DNA of 59,767 nt, counting the filler, from Bipalium vagum (taxonomy: Eukaryota): the NCBI GenBank assembly GCA_037834085.1. It is 3 parts of 3 records of this genome, joined end to end, with 100 filler letters (N's around TTAATTAATTAA, not from the genome) between each part and the next. Parts side by side here need not be neighbours in the genome. Positions count along the whole stretch, not along the records: positions 1 to 16,470 come from JBBMKC010110039.1; positions 16,571 to 42,375 come from JBBMKC010175472.1; 1 more part is not named here. One strand, written 5' to 3'. Positions 13,768 through 26,459 of this stretch are shown in pieces. The notes beneath the pieces were generated by a model. The model did not search any database and was not told the origin of the DNA. It worked only from the letters and a program-made list of their open reading frames with translations. Made by a program: the position numbers and the translations under genes. How positions within the stretch are numbered: position 1 is the stretch's first letter; every line of letters starts with the position of its first letter.

Positions 13768-13988
13768 TTAGGTCGTCTCATAAGTCTTTACGGAAAAGAT
13801 ATGGAACAGACAGATCCTTATCATTTCCTGAGTAAATTTCATCTCAAAGAATAAGAAATCTTAATAAATAATATATTAATTTTATTTAAAAGCACCTTTA
13901 AGTAATATTATTTTAAATTATAAACTTATAATAAACAATACTAAATAATACTATATGAAAAACCGTAAAGACTTATAAGACGACCTAA
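13768..13988. mobile_element. mariner-derived MITE (221 bp)
   Basis: 26-bp TIRs ttaggtcgtctcataagtctttacgg / ccgtaaagacttataagacgacctaa (1 mismatch); TA on both sides; no coding capacity. Confidence 0.9.
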
Positions 13989-14045
13989 TATATTATATTA
14001 TAATTTAAAACTGTATGACCCATTGCTTAAATAGGATTCTACTTC

Positions 14046-14448
14046 CCGTAAATTCCCATATATAATCCGCGACCTATCTTACTAAAAAACCTAAATTTTT
14101 AAAATAACATTTGATTGCGGCCTATCTAGAGTTTTAATAAAATTTTTAAACAAAACAAAACATTTAACTTATCATAAAAATCTAACTATTACACATTACT
14201 CAAATAAAATATGTAAAACAATAGATATAAACAAACAAAGTTTATTCCAAGATTAAATAAATTGATTTAAAATTAAATTAATTAAAGATATTTAAACAAA
14301 GCATTTAATATTGATCTTAAGATTTATAGCTTTGCAAAAAATTTATAAATCATGAATTTCAATTTAAATCATTTAAAAATTTTAGTTTTTTTGTGAAAAA
14401 ACTAGTTGCGGCTAATCTAAGTTGGGGCTTATATACGAGATTTTACGG
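14046..14448. mobile_element. pogo-type MITE (about 400 bp)
   Basis: Imperfect TIRs ccgtaaattcccatatataatcc / ggcttatatacgagattttacgg followed by TA; internal tgcggc.atcta repeats. Confidence 0.6.
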
Positions 14449-15357
14449 TAAATATTAAATAATTTAAAAATTTTTAAATTTTAATGAAATGGAAAATAAA
14501 TAATTATCTTTTACTTCAGGGTTATTCTCTTTTCCCCATATTCCATCCTTATCATTTACGTTTAATTATAAATGTTTTAAAAGATGATTAAGAATTATTG
14601 ATTGAAGTCAATATTACCTAAAAAATTAAAAATAGATTCAACTAATAATTATAACTGTACTGCGAATAATGTTTAAAAAGGAAATCTATTGTATTAACTT
14701 TATATTTTATTGAATGATGGAGAATGAAAGTTTAATGTCAATAGTTTCGTGTATGTAAAGAATACGGGTTCATTTGGGTTTTCATGAAGATATTTTTAAA
14801 TAAATATATTAAAAATTGTAAAAGATGACAGCTTGTATTTTGTAGTTTCAAATTAGTTGTTGTTAAATAACTGATAAATAAAATATATTAAATTTTAAAT
14901 TCTTTTATTATAAATTAAAGTTTCATTTATAATAGTAATTGATTATTTTTAATTTATTAATTAATGCGCACATTATTTATTATTTAAATTTATTTATTGC
15001 TTTTTTATTTTTCATTTTTTTAAAAGAATGTATCTAAACTATTTCAACATGTGATCATTTTTAAATATAGTTATAGTAAGAGCGTTCTTTCTTGATAAAC
15101 ATCAATCTCGATCTATCTTCAAATAGATAGCTCATGTCAGTTAGCTTTGGTTTTACCATATCTGAACTAATATATACCTTTCTTCTTTGCTCTACTTGGA
15201 TTTGGTATAAAGTCAAATTTATTATTTCTTTTTAATATTATTATCAATTTCTTTACTCAAATCAATAATTCTCAGGAAAGAAGTTCCTATAGAATTAAAG
15301 AGCTTAATTAATGTTTACTATGATGATCTTTCTTTCAAACTTGTTAATAGATTAATA

Positions 15358-16356
15358 AACTCATTTTCTATAAAAACGCACCACTAAAAAAATAACATTG
15401 AACAAATAAAATTATCAATATATTAGATCAATGTCCATGAAATAAATTTATATTGAAACCTGTAAAGAGTCATGTCACCGCTTCTTTCTTGGAATATTCT
15501 TGGTATACCAATAATTAGAAGATTTATTTCCCCTTGACGTTTTTTGTTTCATTTTTGTCGATATCCAATCTAAGTCATTCAATGTTTGCAGCTGTATCAA
15601 AAGTTGACAGGGGTTGATACCCCTGATATTTTATACATGTGTAATAGAAGATAAATCTGGAGAGTAAAGTAGCCAACTCATTGTTTCCACTTCTGATTAT
15701 TGCGAAAACTCTTGCTGTTATAATGGCGGTATGCAGTCTCACATTACCTTTCTGAAAACTACTGAATGGAAATATTTCCATTAATGAAAGTAATATAGGT
15801 CTCTGAATTTCATTGTGTATCGATGAGCATTCAAGTTATATTTGATAAATAAAAACAGTGAGCGAAATCCAAACTATATGGCACCCCAAATCATAATCTC
15901 ATGTAAAACTCCGTTGTGCCTTTATAGCAACAAGCTAACATTTTTTCGTCTACCAGTTGAACGTCTCAACCTCAAGTGTCCCTCATTTTGCCATAAGCCG
16001 AATCGTGATTTATTACTAAATATTTATCACCAAATATTCTATACTGGTAAAATAGTGGAGTGATTGCTTCCCAAACATCTGGCGATTTATCTCAAACTTA
16101 TTACACTTTCATAAGTCTTACTATTCGACCTCTTTCAAAGTTCGATAGCTGTTTGAAATGTGTTTGTCTTATAACAGTTATATTTCTAAATGTAATATGA
16201 GTAATTTTTATCATTTACCAATTTTTTACTTAGTTATTTAAATGATGTGTATACAAAACTGTAGATATTTTTAAATTATTAATTAAACAGCCGCTACGAT
16301 AATTTCGATACAAATAATTAAAATAATAGGTGGTGCGTTTTTATTGAAAATCAGTA
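15358..16356 (-). mobile_element. degenerate Tc1-like (DD34E) element
   Basis: TIRs ttttctataaaaacgcaccac / gtggtgcgtttttattgaaaa; motifs SKSRFGL, IMIWGAI, FQKGNVRLH (QQDNARPH) and WLLYSPDLSSITHV (WP..SPDLSPIEHVW). Confidence 0.8.
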
Positions 16357-16364
16357 TATTAATA

Positions 16365-16470
16365 CAGTAGGCGAATTAAGTAAGTTCACCCCTCTAATTT
16401 TTTATGAATTTTACTTATATTTCAAAATTGAAGGCACATACTACAAAATACTTTATTAACTCATACACAA
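16365..16470. mobile_element. Tc1-type terminus running into the assembly gap
   Basis: TA followed by CAGTAGGCGAATTAAGTAAGTTCACCCC, the pattern of a Tc1 TIR, directly before the N run. Confidence 0.5.
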
Positions 16471-16570
16471 NNNNNNNNNNNNNNNNNNNNNNNNNNNNNN
16501 NNNNNNNNNNNNNNTTAATTAATTAANNNNNNNNNNNNNNNNNNNNNNNNNNNNNNNNNNNNNNNNNNNN
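16471..16570. other. artificial contig spacer (44N + TTAATTAATTAA + 44N)
   Basis: Six-frame stop linker centred in an exact 100-nt N block; identical block at 42376-42475. Confidence 0.97.
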
Positions 16571-16929
16571 AATATCAAATCTGGATAAAATATGCTTTTA
16601 ATGGTAATAAAATTAATTTATAATATTTTGTAAATCGCTAAAAGTTTAAACTTAAAGTAAAGTATTTAAACAACCGCAATTACTCTTTTGGAAACCTAAT
16701 ATCTAAGTTATGTGTTAAATTCAATAAAAATATTTAAAACAGGTAAAATCAATAATTTTATTAGGAAAAGTATATTGAACATTAGTTATATTTTTGTCTG
16801 ATATACAAAAAATAAGTAATCGAATTAATTAATTGTAGTTAATCGTATGTTAATCGCTTTGTTAGTTAATCAGAGAACACAATGCATTGGTTTTCAGTTT
16901 GCAGGTTTTTGCAAGTTAACCTCTAATTA

Positions 16930-17660
16930 TTATTTTTTTATTAATAATAATTCGCAAATCTTTCGTTCATAAATACTCTAAATTCAGTTGCATTAACTAA
17001 ACTTTTTAGGACAACGGTTTCCGTTAAAAAATCTAAAATTTGTCTGGTTCTACTTATTGAAAATGTTCACTAATATATGTTCTATAATTGCCTGTCATAA
17101 GTTAGACTTTCTCGTCGATGAAATTTGAATAGATACACGATATTAGCTTGCGATATTGTAAGCGTTAGCGTTTTAATTTTTAGATAATTTTTTGCTTTTG
17201 ACTTTATTGAAAGTAATTTTAGATTTACCTGTTTTAGGCTTTTTTAATCACCTTGAATGTTCTAAATCCTTTTAAAATGGTATTTTAGTCCTATTTATAT
17301 TTATTTTCATTTTAAATATTTTTTTTGAAATATGAATCGTTTTATCAAGCTTTAGTTATTATATTATATATTATTATGATATTTGCTGATAATTTTTTCT
17401 ATTTAGATATGTATTCTTTGTTAATATTTCTTTAATAATATCCAGATCCAAATCTATCTGTTCATGGTCTGATGTTAATTAACTTTTTAACAGAAACTAT
17501 TCTTTGAAGTATACAGTCTTGCATCCGTCTCTATTCTGTATATATAATTTATGTATTAATCTCTTTGTTTTATAAAAATATAAAGAATTGACAGTTTCGT
17601 GTTTTCCTTTCTCCATATCAGAAAATGATAATAGATCATTTTCATTTTTGAATTTTAAAA
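16930..17660 (-). mobile_element. second, more decayed Penelope-like remnant related to 9668-11090
   Basis: Shares blocks gatattagcttgc(g/a)atattg, ttgaatgttctaaatccttt and cagaaactatt with the first copy, in the same order and orientation. Confidence 0.7.
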
Positions 17661-17693
17661 ATAGAAGATTATTATTTAAATAAAATATATTAC

Positions 17694-20600
17694 TCCTTCA
17701 AAAATATCTATGCAATCTGGAAAGAGAACGTTGCAACCTGACCTTTTGTTGAAAAAAAGAACGCGATCAGAGTAGAATGAACAGAACACTAGAATCAAAT
17801 TAAAATTTATCTTGATGATAAATAGAAATTCACTTTGTTCAATTGGTGTTTCTTGAAAATAATAATCCGAGTAAATAATATCAACCATTTCTGAACCTAG
17901 TGGCTCCAACTGATAAATGTCATTCATGATGAAATTCAATTTTGAAAAATTCTTTATATTATTAATAATGTAGATAAATAAAAATGTAAGCAAAAAGAAA
18001 TAATAATACATTATTGGTCCAATAGTTGAATAACGGAACTTTTTTACCTAGGCGTAACACGGCATTGATATTATCTTCTACAATGTGGACAAAAAATTAC
18101 AGAAATACAAGAAATAAAGGCAAATAATCAAAATAGTAATAAGAAATTACCTTTGCTTAATGGAACTGAGGTTATTACAAATGTCTCTGCAAAGACTACT
18201 GAACCTAAATTTTTGTCTCGGCTTTCATTACGAATATCAAATACAGCTCCTTCAATAATTACAATGAACCCATGCGAATCTTCTTTTTTACCAATTGTTT
18301 TTATTCTTAATAAAATTAAATAATATTATTTTGTGAAAACAATTGAAAGATGACCAATTATTTATAAAATGCACAATAACATAGATTAAATTTTTTTATA
18401 TTATACTAAAAATTATTAGGGAAATGAATGAGTATTCTATATTGTTTAAAATGAATCTTAATTTTTAAAAATTAATTTTAATAGGATGATTATAATAAAT
18501 ACATCATAAAATTATATTTTAATAAATACATCTAGACATTATATATGTAGGATAGAAGTTAATATTAATATTACCATTAATATTATCATTATATATATTT
18601 CTGTTTCTATATATCTAGATCAAATTGTATGTGTCGTTTTTCAATATATTGTTGAAATAGATAAAAAAATTATTTTTTTACCAAATGAGCTCTTTTAATC
18701 AGTTACAGTTACCAAACTGTGTTATAAAAATGAATGAAACCCCATTCTGTATTGATGATTATTACATTTTGCACAGATTTTTGTAAGGGTCGAGAGTATT
18801 AACTTGAAAAAAGGTGTTAAACGGCATAGAAATGTAATTAAAAACCTGAATGTATAATTTGAGTAGTAGAGTTTTACCAATAAATCTTTCATTTGGTCTT
18901 CTGCATTCTTTTCAACCTAAAAATTAAAGATAAAATAAAATTTAAAATGAATATCTTGATTTTAAAACTTATTCAAAGAAATCAGGAATTGATATATTTT
19001 AAATGAAATTTCCAAAATTAATAATAAATCATTTTGTGAGAACAGATATTTTAATTTACGCTTTTCTTGCTGATATACCGATATGAAAGTGGATTTATGA
19101 AAATTGAAAAATAATTATAAATCAAATTTAATTTAAGAGAAAAAAATTCTCAAATACAGAGAAAAAAAGGTTTCTCATAATTGTATTATGTTTCAATAAA
19201 AGAAAAGTTTTTCACGAAAATTATTAGTGATGTATAATTAATTGATGTATCATAAGTCGATAAAATATAAAAACCTTATATTATTTTAAAATTTTAAATA
19301 TTGACAGTTTAGTAAAGAATATCCTTTCTCTGTCCTCGCTTTTTCCTTTAATTTTTTCTTCGTAACTTTCAAAAAATTTTCATGTTAAACTTTTATATTG
19401 AAGATAATTAAAAATAGTTCATATTGTTACAGCATATCTTCTACAGAAAAGATTTTTTTTTAAAAATTATTTTGAAAAAGTTAACATCTTATTTGAAAGG
19501 TAAGATCGTCAATATATAAGGTACACATTCAAACAATTTGAAAATAATTATTATAAATAAAAGAATATCTAACCAAATCAGAATTATGCTTGTTAATCCG
19601 TTAAAATTGATTGATTTAACAATATGTTATAGTTATTAAATATATTATACATCCCCCGATTAATTTCAATTTATCTCACAGTTTCAGTTAAGAAGAGCAT
19701 AATTAAAATTATTGGCAGAAACATTATATAAAAAAAAATATAACTGAATCTGTCTTATTGTTAATGACATTTTTAATATAATTGATACATTTAATAATAT
19801 ATTTAATTCAAAATATCGGTTCAATTATAATTTTAACAGTATTATAATCTTGACAAGAATAAATGACTTACTAAAGTGATATTCGTTGAATTTTTTATAT
19901 TGGTTATGACAGAGTCTGTAGTTGTGATAATTGCATTATAAGCAATCAGCAGTTTCCTTAATGTAAATATGAATAATAAAATAAAAAAATTAAAAGAAAA
20001 TAAATTTATAGAATTAAAATATCAGTTTTCTAATCCCTTTCATGATAATCAATTTAATGTGCAGCAACATGTTTTTATATTGTAGTTGATAAACTCTAAA
20101 TTTTTTAAACAAAATCACATTAAAAAATTAAAATTTAATCGATTTCAAAGCTTAAAAAATGATAAAAAAGAATGATTCCAAGTATATGAAGATTGAAATG
20201 TGATTTTTAGTAAATTTAAAAACCATTAGATGTACAATTGTTACTTGGCCGTTTTTTTAGAATTTAAAATTTCAATGGCATTGAGGAAAGTCAAACCAAG
20301 ATTTTTATTTAAAAAAAGCTTTCATTACTAATAATATTTTGAGAATATTAAAGTTCCAGTAGGAAATTTCTCAGTAAGTGTTATAAAGTCTTGAATCGCC
20401 TTCTTATTTTCTGCTATCCATAGCTTTATGGCTCCATTATTTCTGAATACTTTAAACTTGTTTCATCAGAGAAAATTATGTTAGACAATTGGTCAGTCTA
20501 CCATGTGTGATATCTTTCATAAAATTCATTCCTCTTTAAGATATGAGAAGCAGGAAATTTTGGCTTTGTTTGTGATTGGAACTTTTTAATTCCTTTTCAT

Positions 20601-23600
20601 AATATGGCACGGACCGTAATTCGGCCAACATTAACTCTTAATTATTCATTGTCAACTGTCGAACTCCAAGCTTTCCATTTGTCTTTGCAATTATTTTTAA
20701 AAATTGTCAGTCTAATGCGGTCAACTTTTTTTCTACCGTTACCAGGCCGACGATTCATGATCCGGTAATTAAAACATTCTTAAAGGATCTAGATACAGCT
20801 GCATGGTGTATTCATAGCTTTCTTTTAATATCTCTATCACTGTAACCTTCTTCTTTAAGTGCATTAATCTTTCCATGCGTAACATCAGTAATATTTGTCT
20901 TTTTCCCATGACAGCTAAAATATGTATACAATCTTTTTGAAACTGCGCAATTATATTTGTTTTACAAACTTAAACAAAATACATAAATTAAAAATATAGT
21001 CAATAAAATTTTTAAAATATCTCCACATGACATAAAAACTCATAACTGTGTATCAGTGGTGTTAATTTTTTGAAGAACTGAAAAAAATTGACGATTTCTA
21101 TTCAAATTTAACATCATTTTGTATTCTACATTTATGTAAAATAATTTTTTTTTCATTGTTAACAACGAAGCCCAGTGAAGAGGAGAAGCGACGTAATATC
21201 ACGAAGAAAATAAATGAAGATATATAATAAAAAATTTAGAAAGAAAATGATTTTCAATGTACCTAATGTGAATTAAGTACTGACTGGTATTGCTATTTTT
21301 AATCTTACTTCTATCGTGACAATAAGATCATTTATTTTTATTTTTAATGTTAAATTATAATAAAAAATTAAAATAAATGATATTTAATTTAAGATAATTA
21401 TTATTTTTCACAAGTTTGTTACTCTAATAAAAACAAAATATTATTAAGTTAGACTTTTTACAAATTTTTAGTATCGAATCCCTTCGAGGTTTACTTGTGC
21501 TTGATATATTTCACAATTTTCAATGTTTGCAATATCCACTCTAATTTTTTCAAAATAAATAAAACTATCAAAATAATTAAAAGCGACTGCATTGAATATA
21601 ATTATAAAGAAGCAAATGAAGTAGTCAATTATTTATAACATCTCAATAAAGTAATTTATGCATAATCAAAAAATTCTGATAAAATTATCATCACTTACTT
21701 AACATCTGCATTAATATTTTCTGTTTCAGAATCTTTAAAATAAAATTAAGATTAAATAAATAGAAATCTAAAAAATATTTTTAAAAATCTATTAACAAAT
21801 AAATACCACAATCAGAAATTAAAATTATTTGTATATATAAATAGGAAAATCTAAAAGAAGAAAAAAGATATTACATTTAGTATATTTAGATATCACTCCA
21901 AAGAGGATAATCAGAGCACAGGAATTTTTAATGTAAAAATCATATTTATACAATTTAGTGACTATTAATATTACAATATTTTAAATAATAATTATTCAAA
22001 ATTTAATTATAAGTTATATTTAACATTTTTGATTATAATATGTAATATAACATTTAATAATTTAAAAATATTTTAATAATTTTGTTTATAAATAATAGAA
22101 TTTAATCATTTAATAAATTTAAATATATGTAGAATTTTAATTTATTATTTTTATTTATGGTAATAGAGAATTTATGTGATTTGACAGAAGTTGTTTGAAT
22201 ATCTCGGATTGGTGTTGATATGTAATAAATTATTAAATTCTTAGACTTCTCTATTATAAACCGATAGATGTTATTATCCAACTCTTAACATGATATTAAA
22301 TTGTTACAATTGATTGTGAATTATGACTTTTATAATTATAATTATAATGTAAATTTAAATATTATCCGTCACAATTAAAATATTTTATTTTTCAGAATTT
22401 TTATTTCATAATACTTTTAGTGAAAAAAGTTGAGTTAATAATTAACCATATTTGAAAATCATTTACAATTTTTTTAATTTATTCATATGATCAATGTTCT
22501 GGTTTAACAAAAAGGAAATATTTAAAAATGTTTTGTTTTAATCAGTGATTCAGATCAAAAAGAGAATTAATGAAAAAAATTCACAAATGAGTTTTTTGAC
22601 GATCTGAAAATGATTTGTTTATCAAAATATCATCAATAAAATTACCAACAAAAGATCTGACTTCAAAGAAGTGCCAATCTATATTTAATCTGCATCTATA
22701 TTACCGTGAAATGAATGTCAAATGAAAAATCACATTTTAAATAATTGGACACAATTCCCAAATTGAAAAAATCATAATTTTCATTTTTATTCTATTTATA
22801 ATGATGATAACAATTGTTTCATATGGGTCGCTTCAATAGAAGTCCATATTCATATAATTAGATATTATTGAATGCCAAAATCCAAAATATTTTTCAATTG
22901 ATTCTCCCAAATTATAAATTTTAATGTAAACATATATGACAAGGTCAACGGAGCTTATTGAAACCATTTTGAAGAATAATTAAATAAAGAGTCGAATCTA
23001 ATTTATTATGGTAATGATTATCACACATTTTGACATTATGAAGTCCATACATTTTATTATTGATCTTATTTAATTATTTTAAAAAAGTATATTATAACAT
23101 TATAAGACTTTTAAGTATTATTTTTAATTTTTGATTTAATTTAATTATAAAGGGTAATTATTTATTTGTTTACAGATTTATTCAAATTTTATATTATCAT
23201 ATTTTATATTATATAACATTTAAAAAGAAAGATTTATTCATTTAACTTAATGATAAATATTTATTATTAACACTGTAATTATTATATAAATTATATTATT
23301 AAACATATGTATTAATTATTAGTTATTTAAATTATAAATTTAAAATAAAAAAGACCCATGATTTGAATAAATTTATTACAATTATGAGTACTATAATATA
23401 GAATTGATAAGAATACCCGTCTTAGAAATTCTTTATATACTACAATATGTTAGTAATTTAAAGAATATAATAAGAATAAAAAGAAAGAAATTTTTAATTA
23501 AACATAAATATAATTTGATTATTGCTTGGTGAAACTTTTTTTCATTTTTGTATTTTTAATTTGACCTTTTTCGACTATATAAAAATCATAATTAGTGTTT

Positions 23601-26425
23601 ATATATGAAATCTGATTTTATATATTAATCACCATTAAAAATTGATCTGATTGTTTTGTTCATTGGTTCATAACAGAAACAAGTTTATCATACATTAATA
23701 ATAGGTAATAAAACATGTTCAATATTAAGTCAATATCTTACTTGGCTTAAAGAGATTAGAGCAGCCTTGAAGAAAGAGCGTTCTTGCTATAACCAAACCA
23801 GTCGTTAAACTCACGACTTTCACAATCTATTTTAAATTATAAATTTTTATTAAATTCATTTAATAGAAAATGATAAATTTATAAACTATGACTAAAAAAT
23901 ATTTTTCATTACCAAATGCTTTGGTTGCTTGACAACTTTTTCTCTATTCACGTTCCATGATTCTGAAAACGTTTTCATCTTTTCCGATAATAATGACTGC
24001 CTTGTGTTTTGCCCACACAAAACAAATGGATACATTTCAAAACTGAAACAGATTATTGTCATTGTTAATAGAAAATATTGATAAAAAAGAAAGACTTTTC
24101 ATCGGATTTATGAAAACGATTATTTTTCACATGCTTATAATAACTGATCACAGGCTGAAAACCAAAGGAAATGATAGAGATACCATTTACGATCAATAAC
24201 TTACCTCTTCAATAAGCTGTTCATCAATTTCAAAATTTTCAGTCCCACAACATCTTGAGTCTAACATTTGGAAGATATTTTCAAGAACACCTTCCATTTG
24301 TGGCAAGATCTACGTTAATATTTGCACTTTACTTTTGAGTTTTTACATATGACTAACCTTTTGATAAATATCTTCCAATTGAACAGGATCTACCTGTTGA
24401 CAGATTTTGTGAGCTTCACTTGACACATCGACTACCTGAGAACATTTTAATAAATTTGTTAGTATTATTTCATGTTTGAATATTAATTCACTTGATATAT
24501 TAATTCAGTAAAAAAAATGCAGGAAAACATTTTTTCAGAAAGATGCGCTTCATTTTGCAAAACATACAACAAATTTCTTTATAAAATTTTTTTTAATTTT
24601 ACCTTTAAATATTATATTTTGGCCCTTTTAGAATTAAAACAAACTTGGATTATATCAATACGAGTAAAAAAACCTTGTACGTATTAAAATATAATTAATC
24701 TTTTGGATTCCTATTGATTTCAAGCATTTTTTAATCGAAACCTGTAACTGATCCAAATTTCGCAATAAAATAATCAAAATTGTCCCACGGATCATTAAAT
24801 TTGATTGAAATGAAATGTCATTTATACTCATTCATACACACATGAATGACGATAAACAAAAATATCCTCAAAAATTTCATTATGAATGTAACAAATAAAG
24901 CATTTTCACTTCAATAATTCTTTTAAAAAGCTAAAAAATCATTTTAATTATTTAATTAAATAATGTTGCATAATGGATTTTATGACAATTTTGTACATAA
25001 TATTATTTTTAATCTATAAAAACGAAGTAAAAAAAAAGAATTTAAAGTATTTTTTGATTTTCTTTTAAAAATAAATTATATATATTGTTTAAACATTACA
25101 TTTTTATCTCTTCTGTCAATATGGTTTATTTTGTCATTGAAAAAGACTATTCAATTTGACAAAAAATATTATTACTTTAAATATAAGAGTATTGATTATC
25201 TTTCAAAACTGAATGTATTCTATAAAGTAGTACCGAAAAAACCTGAGTTTATATTTATCGAAATTTCGTCACGGATTTTTGTGATTTATCATAGGCAATT
25301 GAATATAATAGAAAGATTCATTAATAATCACTTTTAGATTATAAAACCATATGTATTTTCATATTTTTAGCTATTTTCTTATTTATAAATAAAATATCAA
25401 CGTCTTCTTGTATTGAAAAGAGCGAATTTTTATTTTAAACATTTTCTCTAAAATCTTTATATTTCGTTGAACATATTGTAATATTTTATAACACTGATAG
25501 ATTTTTAAAAAAAATATTGCTATTATTGATTGCATTGAAGGATGTAAAGAATAATAAAGAAATTCTTAATCAAACCGCTGCTTCAAACAGAAACAATGAT
25601 TATCATCACATAACAAAAGTTCGGTAGCGATGAAAGCAGATTATCGAAAAGAAAATATAAGACTGTCATTGAAGATAAGAACTAACTTTATGAACAAGAG
25701 TAAAAAATCCTCTATCGGTCTTGCCTTGAGAATTTCTGTAAAACAAGAAAATATTATTAATAAATAGATTTAACGTTAAACCTTTACCTGCCAAAATCAT
25801 CATATGCAAAACTTTGGATAATAGGCCAATTTTCAACATACATAGGATCAAAAGGTTCAGAGTCATGTGCTATTTAATAAAAAAAATATAATATTTATTT
25901 TTAATAAAAAATAAATAACAATCATAACTGCTTTTTGTCACCACAGCTATTTTATCACAGCCTGTGGTCATTTCTACAAAAGCATTCATTTTAAATTTCT
26001 CCAATTTTTCAGGATCTTCCATCTAAAGAAAAAAGATTCATATTTCCTCCCACTCAGGAAATTCATAACACGAAAAACAAATAAAATTGTTAAAATTGTA
26101 TCAAAAGGGATATTAAAAAGATCTTTGAAATTCTTTAAGTAAATTTTCTGGTTTAAAATGCATTCTTTTCATTAGTCAATTTTCGATAATTCATTAAAAA
26201 TAAAAACATATTTTGAAATTATTAATATATTAATTATTTATTTTGCTAACATTATTTTACGATAGAATAATTTTCTATTTTTGCATCATGTAATATAAAA
26301 TCATATATGCTTAATGGATTTCAAAACTTAAAAATTAGCCTTTTCACACTAATATTATAAAACAAAAAATATATAAATGAAATAAGTATTTATTTATTTT
26401 TAAATAAAATATTAATAATGATAAA

Positions 26426-26459
<34 letters not shown>

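Noticed and set aside
16515-16526. TTAATTAATTAA palindrome inside the N runs (also 42420-42431)
   Set aside because: Six-frame-stop assembly linker, not biology. It also means DYM-DNAAF9 linkage cannot be claimed.
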